This document shows, in pieces, positions 57,484-64,000 of a DNA stretch of 64,000 bases. The stretch comes from a candidate division CSSED10-310 bacterium (GTDB taxonomy: Bacteria > CSSED10-310). A program made the translations under genes and the position numbers. How positions within the stretch are numbered: position 1 is the stretch's first letter; each line of letters starts with the position of its first letter. Under the pieces are notes generated by a model. It saw only the letters and a list, made by a program, of their open reading frames with translations, was not told where the DNA came from and did not search any database. The stretch lies in NCBI GenBank assembly GCA_016931515.1, contig JAFGEQ010000024.1, positions 31,711 to 95,710 of the forward strand, given 5' to 3'.

Positions 57484-57585
57484 TAGTCTGTCATCGCTCG
57501 ACTATTCCGGATATTAATATCTTCCGCTGCAGTTTCCAATCCGGAATCGATCCTGGGAACCATTGTTCCGGTCGTGCCCGGGCAC

Positions 57586-60500
57586 TCAAATCACCGTTAA
57601 CCGGCTGCGGCCGCCGCCGGAAGGCTCCACGCGAATCTGCTTTAGAAACCGCTCCCGGATCGCAGGAACGTGGCTGATAATACCGATGGTTCGTCCCTCA
57701 CCGCTCAGTGACTCGAGCGCCAGCAGCGCATTATCCAGCGACACCGGATCCAGGGCTCCGAATCCTTCATCGATGAACAGGCTTCCGATCAGGGCTTGCC
57801 GGCTGGACAGTTTTGCCAGTGCCAGTGCCAGAGCGAGCGATACCAGGAAGCTTTCACCGCCGGATAGTGTCGATACCTGCCTTTCCTCATCTGCCTGATC
57901 GCGGTCGCGAACCGCCAGATCGAGGTTGTCCGGTGAGGGGCAGAACAGGCGGTAACGCGGTGCCAGTTCCCGGAGATGCCGGTTGGCAATGCCGATCAGT
58001 CTTTCCAGCGTCAAACGCTGTGCAAACCGGCTGAATCGGCTGCCGTCATGACTTCCTATCAACATTCTCATCGTCTGCCAGATTCCACCCGCTGCGATCG
58101 TCGATTCCCGATCACGCCGCAGCCGTTCCATGGTTTGTCTTGCGCTCAAACCCTGCTGAAGTTCCACAGTGTACCGCTCCATCCGTTCACTCTCTCCCTC
58201 ACGCAGGCTTTCAAGCCGCTCAAGATTCATGCAGAGTTCGTCTTCTCTCAGTACGGGACGATCCTCCCGATGGTCCCAATCTTCAAGAGATCGCTGACGC
58301 TCAGCCAAAACAGTTTCGGCACGACTGGACTGATTCGCCAGATCCAGCAACTCGCGGTGTTCCGATTTCAACCAGTTCCGACCTTTTTCTATCCAGTTCC
58401 GAGCCTCCTCCTCAGCAATACCGACACGTTCCAGACCTGCATCCAGTCGCGTCCGGGTCTCAGTTTTAACCACCTCCTGCCGGTTCTGCCGACCTTCCAG
58501 AGTTTTGACGTTTGATGAGGCTGCCGTCACTTTCGATTCCAAGGCGTTCTGATGGTCAATCGCTTCTTTCAGCGATTGCTCCAGCGTCTGTTTAAGTTTA
58601 TTGATCTCATCGAGAACGTCCTCCAGCAACCGGCCACCCAGAATACCCGTGCGCTCCTTCTCAACAGCCGACAGATTCTCCTTCACTGTTTCCTGCGACC
58701 GGCGGAACCACAGCCATTTTTCCTTAAGACCTGACAGACGGATACCTTCCTCCGACAGCGTCCTGTCCAACTGCCCGAGCTCGCCTCTGATTTGATCCGC
58801 CAGTTCAATCGAGTCACGATAGTCCTGAATCATCCGACTCCATCGCTCGATGACCGGTATCGGATCCGCTTTCAATTCGCTCTCCCATGCCGCCGACCAT
58901 GACGACAGGTCGGTATTCAATCGGATCAATACCTGCTCCTCTCCAGTTCTCAGATCCTGCCGTCGGGAGTCATTGACCGCACAGCGACCATTGATCGCAG
59001 CTAAGGCGGCGGACAGGTGTTTTTCTTCTGCGGAGTAGCGATCCAGTTTATCCCTGACAATGTCCCTTTGTTTTCCTACATTGTCATGACGCTGGCGCAA
59101 GTCATGCAACTCCGAGCGCACTGTTTCTATTTCTTTTCGTTCCTTTTCCAGTCTTGATTTGACATCACCGATCGAGGATGGGATCCTCGTTCCTGCAGTG
59201 ATTTCGCTCAGTTGCAAACCCATCTCAATCATCAGTGCGTCGATCACCTCATTCACTCGCCGATACTCCTCCACGTATCGCCGGTTCTCTTCGGTCAATT
59301 CGGCGTGCCGTCTGTTCAGCATATCGACTTTGGACACCAACCCACTGATCTCCGTCAACATCCCGGTGCGGCGATCGACGTGATGTTTCAAGTCGCCCTG
59401 TAACTTATTGACGTCATCCCTGAGATCGGCAATGAGGGGTGCAGCGGTGTCACTATTTACTTTATAAGGATGATTCAACGAACCGCAGACCGGGCAGGGA
59501 TTGCCGGTTTTCAGTTTATCTCTAATATCCCGGACTCGAAGTTGCTCCCCAGCATTATCGAGTCGATCATTCGCTGCCCCAACATCCGTCTCAATCGTCC
59601 GGATCTTCTCCGCCCATACCTCTGCTTCTTCCGTGACGGATTGCGATCGAATTAGAGTCTCCTCTTTTTCATTTTCAATCTCAGTAATGCTTTTAGCGTT
59701 TGCGTCGATCTTTTCCGTTAGTACAGCACATTCATTCAACTGAACCAAGGTATGACGGATCCTGTCCAGTCGAACCTCCAGCGCTTGCGCATCCCTTGCG
59801 GACTCCATATCCTGCTTCTGCCGTTCGATCTGATTTAAGTCCCAATCCAATGCCGCTAATTTGCTGTTTTCCTTTTTTATGAGTGTTTGGTTTTTCTCAA
59901 CTTTATCCGATATATCCTTCGATTCTGATTCCAGTGTCAAGCCTTCCTGTACCAACTGATCCATCTTTTCCTGAATATTGCAGAAATCCTGAAGATTCAG
60001 TTCAATGCGGTTCCATGAGTCGGCGACGGGACCCACCAGCTTCATGTCATCCAGACGGTGTTCAACTGATTTCAGAAGTGTCCGTTTTTTCGATATCTCC
60101 CGGCGAATAGTATCCGCATCCTCATTCGCCTGTTCAAATTCCGTCAGAGCCTCTGTTTCCCTGGCTGTCAATTCCCTGTGGTTGTTATTCAATTCTATCA
60201 ATCGGCTGTCGAGAACACGAGCTTTCATGATATCCGGATCCAGGTCCTTCATATGCTGCATCAAGTGATTCCACTCCGTTTCAGAATCGGTTTTCGCGGA
60301 GTGCGCTGATTCAAGCTCAGCGGATGCTTCGGACAAGCCCGATCGTGCTGTCTGCAATAGACAACAGATGTCGGCAAGACTCTGCTCTGCACCATCATAA
60401 GCAGCGATATCCGCCTGGAGTTCCCAGGATGATTCCGCCCGTTCCACTGCCTTACGCCGGTCGGCACTCGCCTCCAGCCTGCTCCTGGCTTGTTCCAAAA

Positions 60501-61323
60501 TGGCACCCGCCTGCTCCACCGTTATCATCAGGTCACGCCTGTGCCGATGCCATGCGATATTCTGCTTGATTTGTTCAATCTGCACTGCAAGATCAGCCAT
60601 TACACTTTTACCGGCATTGATTTTGGATTTCAGTTCCTGTAACGCTTCGTCATCCGGAACAATCAGGTCGGCGATACGGCGATCCAGGAACTCGATTTCC
60701 TTGTCGATATCACGGGCTTTACGGTGAGCAGCGATCGACAATTCTCGATATATCCACAGTCCGGTGATGCTTTCCAGAAGTGCTCCCCGGTCGGACGCAT
60801 CGGCCTTCAGAAACGCGGCAAAATCTCCCTGTGCCAGCAGAATGGATCGAGTGAATTGCTGGTAAGTCAATCCTGTTATTGATTCAATCACAGTATTGCA
60901 AGCTCTGACACTGTCGGCAATTGTCCTGTTGGCGGTTTCGTCGATGATCATCCGTTGGGCTGATTGAATTGTGCCATCAGTTTTTTTCCGTGCCCGTCGA
61001 ACGTTCCAGATAGCGCGGTACTGGTTACTCCGGCAGCGGAACACGACCTCCGCGAGCGCGTCGACGGAACCCCGGCTCATGCATGTGCGGGGATCCGAAG
61101 CAGCCAGGCCGTCAGCAAGAGCGCCACGTGGTGATCCGGTTGTCCGAGGGCAGTCGCCATAAAGTGCGAGTGTGATTGTGTCGAGCACCGTACTTTTTCC
61201 CGAACCGGTTGGGCCGGTGATGGCGAAGAGTCCTGATCCGGTCAAGCCTGCCGCAATAAAATCGACGGAAAAGTCGCCATAAAGACTCCGTATATTTCTT
61301 CCGGTTACCTTGATAATTTCCAT
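57586..61323 (-). CDS. sbcC: SbcC/Rad50-family exonuclease ATPase subunit
   Basis: Walker A 'ITGPTGSGKSTVLD', long coiled coils with the zinc hook 'CPVCGS', signature 'LSGGESFLVSLALALAL', Walker B 'LFIDEGFGALD'. Confidence 0.85.
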   Translation of the reverse strand: MEIIKVTGRNIRSLYGDFSVDFIAAGLTGSGLFAITGPTGSGKSTVLDTITLALYGDCPRTTGSPRGALADGLAASDPRTCMSRGSVDALAEVVFRCRSNQYRAIWNVRRARKKTDGTIQSAQRMIIDETANRTIADSVRACNTVIESITGLTYQQFTRSILLAQGDFAAFLKADASDRGALLESITGLWIYRELSIAAHRKARDIDKEIEFLDRRIADLIVPDDEALQELKSKINAGKSVMADLAVQIEQIKQNIAWHRHRRDLMITVEQAGAILEQARSRLEASADRRKAVERAESSWELQADIAAYDGAEQSLADICCLLQTARSGLSEASAELESAHSAKTDSETEWNHLMQHMKDLDPDIMKARVLDSRLIELNNNHRELTARETEALTEFEQANEDADTIRREISKKRTLLKSVEHRLDDMKLVGPVADSWNRIELNLQDFCNIQEKMDQLVQEGLTLESESKDISDKVEKNQTLIKKENSKLAALDWDLNQIERQKQDMESARDAQALEVRLDRIRHTLVQLNECAVLTEKIDANAKSITEIENEKEETLIRSQSVTEEAEVWAEKIRTIETDVGAANDRLDNAGEQLRVRDIRDKLKTGNPCPVCGSLNHPYKVNSDTAAPLIADLRDDVNKLQGDLKHHVDRRTGMLTEISGLVSKVDMLNRRHAELTEENRRYVEEYRRVNEVIDALMIEMGLQLSEITAGTRIPSSIGDVKSRLEKERKEIETVRSELHDLRQRHDNVGKQRDIVRDKLDRYSAEEKHLSAALAAINGRCAVNDSRRQDLRTGEEQVLIRLNTDLSSWSAAWESELKADPIPVIERWSRMIQDYRDSIELADQIRGELGQLDRTLSEEGIRLSGLKEKWLWFRRSQETVKENLSAVEKERTGILGGRLLEDVLDEINKLKQTLEQSLKEAIDHQNALESKVTAASSNVKTLEGRQNRQEVVKTETRTRLDAGLERVGIAEEEARNWIEKGRNWLKSEHRELLDLANQSSRAETVLAERQRSLEDWDHREDRPVLREDELCMNLERLESLREGESERMERYTVELQQGLSARQTMERLRRDRESTIAAGGIWQTMRMLIGSHDGSRFSRFAQRLTLERLIGIANRHLRELAPRYRLFCPSPDNLDLAVRDRDQADEERQVSTLSGGESFLVSLALALALAKLSSRQALIGSLFIDEGFGALDPVSLDNALLALESLSGEGRTIGIISHVPAIRERFLKQIRVEPSGGGRSRLTVI

Positions 61324-61325
61324 TT

Positions 61326-62579
61326 CTAATCCACACCCATTTCAGAGCTGGCTTCGAGAATTTCATTTAACAGAAGGTGAAAAGCATGATTGAGTTCATC
61401 AGGAGGATCTTCTCCATATTCCTGCCGGTGCAGCATCCGGAACATATCGTCCGGTTGCAATTCCTCCAGGTCCCGACCCATCTGGAGTGTATCCTGCATC
61501 GACATGTCGGTGGCCGGTTCCCGTCGTCGAACAGCAACTATCGTGACCCCGGTTCCATCAGCCGACTCCAGCAATCGACGCCTTAGATCCGGCGAAGGGC
61601 TTTTCAGATCAACGATTACCCGGAGCATGATTTGTTTTTCGGGACCCGGATATTGTGAAGTCAGTTTTTGAACCTGCTCGATCGTTTCGAGTTCGTTTCC
61701 GGTTATATCGAGCAAGCGGACGGATTGCGGAATGAGTTCAGGATCGGCACGGACTTCCCGACCATTGATTTCGACGCGTGTTACCTGATGCCGGTAGGAG
61801 GATTCGGTGAAACTCAATGGGATGACCGAGCCGCTGTAATTAATTGTGGAGTGGCCGGATGGTCGGTGGATGTGTTGCGCCCTGTGGAGATGTCCCAGCG
61901 CGATATAAGCCGCTGTCTCAGGAAAAATACTCGGAGGTAATGAGAGCAAATTACCCGCGTATGTCTGGATTGGGCGTTCACTGTCAGCAGTGATTGAGCC
62001 TCCTTCGATGAAAAGATGCGCTGCGTAAATTAACGGCAAAGCGCAGGTATCGCCTGATGAGTGAATTTTCTCGAATGTCTCCATTTTCTTTGAAACAGAA
62101 CAAATCAGGCGTTCCGCAGCAGAGTCCGGTGTTTCGCCGGGAGGCGGAGCAGGCAGGTCCTCACCTCTCAAATAGGGTATTGCAGCGCAGACGGCAATGG
62201 TGTCGCCGGTTCGATTCCGGATGGGTATCAATGCTGAGTCAGGGGAGTCGGACTGAGACCCTGCGATTGTGATTCCAAGTTCTTTAAAAACAGTCCCGAA
62301 TGCATCGAAACGGGGAGCGGAATCATGGTTTCCGGCGATAACGATGATAGTAGGACAGATCGAACGGGCGCTGACCAGGAAACTGAAAAACTGCTGTTGT
62401 GCACTCACGGGCGGATTGGCCGAATCGAATACATCGCCGCAAACAAGGAGGCAATCAGGGTGATCCCGGTGAAGCAGATTCAGCAGCCATTTCAGGAAAA
62501 ACCTGTGCTCGTCAGCGCGATCGAAAACGTCGAGACGGCTGCCGAGGTGCCAGTCGCCCGTGTGAATCAATTTGACCAT
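61326..62579 (-). CDS. sbcD: SbcD/Mre11-family nuclease subunit
   Basis: 'LIHTGDWHLG', 'LLVCGDVFD', 'IAGNHD', 'GHLH'. A 2-nt gap separates it from sbcC. Confidence 0.85.
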   Translation of the reverse strand: MVKLIHTGDWHLGSRLDVFDRADEHRFFLKWLLNLLHRDHPDCLLVCGDVFDSANPPVSAQQQFFSFLVSARSICPTIIVIAGNHDSAPRFDAFGTVFKELGITIAGSQSDSPDSALIPIRNRTGDTIAVCAAIPYLRGEDLPAPPPGETPDSAAERLICSVSKKMETFEKIHSSGDTCALPLIYAAHLFIEGGSITADSERPIQTYAGNLLSLPPSIFPETAAYIALGHLHRAQHIHRPSGHSTINYSGSVIPLSFTESSYRHQVTRVEINGREVRADPELIPQSVRLLDITGNELETIEQVQKLTSQYPGPEKQIMLRVIVDLKSPSPDLRRRLLESADGTGVTIVAVRRREPATDMSMQDTLQMGRDLEELQPDDMFRMLHRQEYGEDPPDELNHAFHLLLNEILEASSEMGVD

Positions 62580-62682
62580 ATAGCATCACTCCCTGTATGA
62601 TTGAAATTGTATTCAGGGGGGATCGATCCCGCATGTTATTATCCAACCGTTGGCTATCCCTTGCAACCGCAGGAGGCATCTG

Positions 62683-63246
62683 ATGAAAATCGTATGTTTG
62701 AACGGGAGTCCGCAGAAGAACGGCAATACAGCTTATCTTCTCGATACATTTGAAACGACGGCGCTGGAATTGGGTGCGACTGTCGATCATGTGCATCTGA
62801 ATTCCCTGACTTACAAGGGGTGTCAGGCATGCATGAAGTGTAAGGGTGAGACAGACGCTTGTGCTGTTCGTGATGATCTTGCCCCTGTGCTGGAAGTCGT
62901 TTTTAATGCGGATGTTCTGGTTTTGGGTTCGCCGATATATTTTGGTGAAGTCACTTCGCAGATGAAGGCGTTTATCGATCGCACCTATTCTTTTTTAAAG
63001 CCTGAGTTTGCCGGAAGCCGTTTGATTCGTGGAAAAACGCTGGTGATGGTATTGCCACAGGGCGCGCCCGATGCTGCAAATTTCGGTGATGTCTATCCTC
63101 GGTATGCCGGCTTTTTCAAGTGGTTTGGCTACGAAAAACGATATGAAATCAGGGGTTTGGGTTTGAATGAACCCGGGGATGCTGCACAACGAACGGAATT
63201 GCTCGAGACTGTCCGGGATATCGCCAGGGAAATCGTCAATTCCTGA
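62683..63246 (+). CDS. Flavodoxin-like fold NAD(P)H-dependent FMN reductase / iron-sulfur flavoprotein-like protein
   Basis: 'MKIVCLNGSPQKNGNT', 'CQACMKC', 'DVLVLGSPIYFGEVTSQMKAFIDR'. AGGAGG SD before ATG 62683. Confidence 0.75.
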   Translation: MKIVCLNGSPQKNGNTAYLLDTFETTALELGATVDHVHLNSLTYKGCQACMKCKGETDACAVRDDLAPVLEVVFNADVLVLGSPIYFGEVTSQMKAFIDRTYSFLKPEFAGSRLIRGKTLVMVLPQGAPDAANFGDVYPRYAGFFKWFGYEKRYEIRGLGLNEPGDAAQRTELLETVRDIAREIVNS

Positions 63247-63256
63247 TGCCTCACGC

Positions 63257-64000
63257 TCACAGTTGTTCATCGCTCAACCTGGCAGCCATCAGATAAGCCA
63301 GCCGCGTAATTCCTTCAAACAGGGACGGATTCAAAGTTTCCGGAGTATCGCTGATCATATGCAGATGTCTGTAAGGGTTTGAGCCGACAAAATACATGTT
63401 CGGAATACCGGCATCTTCAAAAGGCTTGGCATCGGCGCCACCTGGAGGATGGTTTTCTTTCGTGCCGGGCATGTGAACGAATTCGTCGTTCAGAGCATCG
63501 AAAATTTCAAAAAGGCGCGGATATGCCTCCCGACCTCGCATATCGACACCGTCACCCGCACCCATGCAGTCCAGATTCAGCATTGCGCGGGTAGATTCCA
63601 GAGGGAGGCTCGGGTGTTCGGCATAGTAGAGCGACCCGAGCAATCCGGCTTCTTCAGCTCCAAAGAGAACAAATTGAAGACTGCGCGCCGGTCGGTCGCC
63701 CTCCGCAAAAATCCTGGCCAGTTCAATAACAGCGGCGGCACCTGATGCATTATCCTGCGCGCCGTTAAAGATGATTTTTTCACCCTGTATCCCGACGTGA
63801 TCCATGTGCGCACCGATGATGATGCTTTCGCGGGACAGATCAGGATCGATTCCGGGTAGAAAAGCGGCAGCATTCCAACTCACGCCTGCCGGATTGTAAT
63901 CGGTAGTGATTCGAATCGACATTCTGACCGGCAATGGTCCCGACATAACGTCCCGATTCGCATCAATCCTGAACTGGCGGGCGGACAGGGTGTCATCGCC
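63257..64000 (-). CDS. M28-family zinc aminopeptidase (5' end runs off the window)
   Basis: 'IIIGAHMDHVG', 'GAQDNASGAAAVIELAR', 'FVLFGAEEAGLLGS', 'NLDCMG'. The reading frame stays open to position 64000. Confidence 0.75.
   Translation of the reverse strand, partial: GDDTLSARQFRIDANRDVMSGPLPVRMSIRITTDYNPAGVSWNAAAFLPGIDPDLSRESIIIGAHMDHVGIQGEKIIFNGAQDNASGAAAVIELARIFAEGDRPARSLQFVLFGAEEAGLLGSLYYAEHPSLPLESTRAMLNLDCMGAGDGVDMRGREAYPRLFEIFDALNDEFVHMPGTKENHPPGGADAKPFEDAGIPNMYFVGSNPYRHLHMISDTPETLNPSLFEGITRLAYLMAARLSDEQL

Noticed and set aside
56071-57486. A 471-aa ORF on the + strand, the longest unexplained ORF in the track
   Set aside because: It lies exactly antisense to textbook ThiE and ThiM coding sequences. 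It is Arg/Ser/His/Pro-rich and carries no recognisable motif, so it is a shadow ORF.
57586-62579. The SMC-like ATPase plus nuclease pair, considered as a defence system (Wadjet/Lamassu/Septu-like)
   Set aside because: The Mre11-type phosphoesterase motifs (GDWHLG, GDVFD, GNHD) together with a Rad50-type ATPase carrying a CxxC zinc hook are canonical housekeeping SbcCD. No JetA/B/D, LmuA or HNH partners are present.

Overview
This is a densely coding 64-kb chromosomal segment of intermediate GC content (judged by eye). It most likely comes from an uncultivated diderm bacterium, because it encodes an LPS-type GT9 heptosyltransferase, an outer-membrane beta-barrel and a LolA-like protein. I count about 50 protein genes in alternating strand blocks. 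Most have GGAGG-type Shine-Dalgarno sites, and ATGA stop/start overlaps are frequent.

I recognised no rRNA, tRNA, CRISPR array, transposase, integrase, phage gene or canonical defence system. All family calls rest on motif reading only, since no searches were possible.

Gene content in order:
- comEC-comEA plus a nuclease operon (6-7474)
- isochorismatase-family hydrolase
- secreted beta-helix protein
- a very large secreted subtilase-fold/Kelch protein
- PadR-DUF2812, divergent from an RND(MMPL-like)/LolA-like/OM-barrel export module
- USP
- CoADR/Nox-type flavoprotein
- SLC13 permease with GT2, GT9 and a sulfatase-like membrane enzyme
- rhomboid, prolyl oligopeptidase, patatin, CPBP protease, S41 peptidase, GNAT, DUF4126, small CBM48 protein
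- large polytopic membrane protein
- alpha/beta-hydrolase fused to an FGE-type domain
- ECF sigma / anti-sigma / GspE-type ATPase operon
- DUF2892, DUF2161-like PD-(D/E)XK protein, M3-like peptidase, ASCH
- XRE regulator with a small membrane protein, retropepsin-like protease, Ser/Thr kinase-AAA-TPR giant
- cdd, MTA/SAH-nucleosidase-like protein, methyltransferase, DinB
- thiM-thiE, sbcD-sbcC, flavoprotein, and a partial M28 peptidase at the window edge

Best candidates for something undescribed:
1. The five-gene translationally coupled ComEC / tandem-HhH ComEA / stand-alone MBL / double Cas4-like nuclease / DHH operon.
2. The ECF sigma / HTH-bearing zf-HC2 anti-sigma / orphan GspE ATPase operon. 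Its ATPase carries a GspF(T2SSF)-like cytoplasmic domain at the N-terminus and has no secretion or pilus genes nearby.
3. The 1229-aa secreted subtilase-fold protein, which has lost the catalytic Asp and His.

None of these is proven. Each needs homology, neighbourhood and experimental checks.
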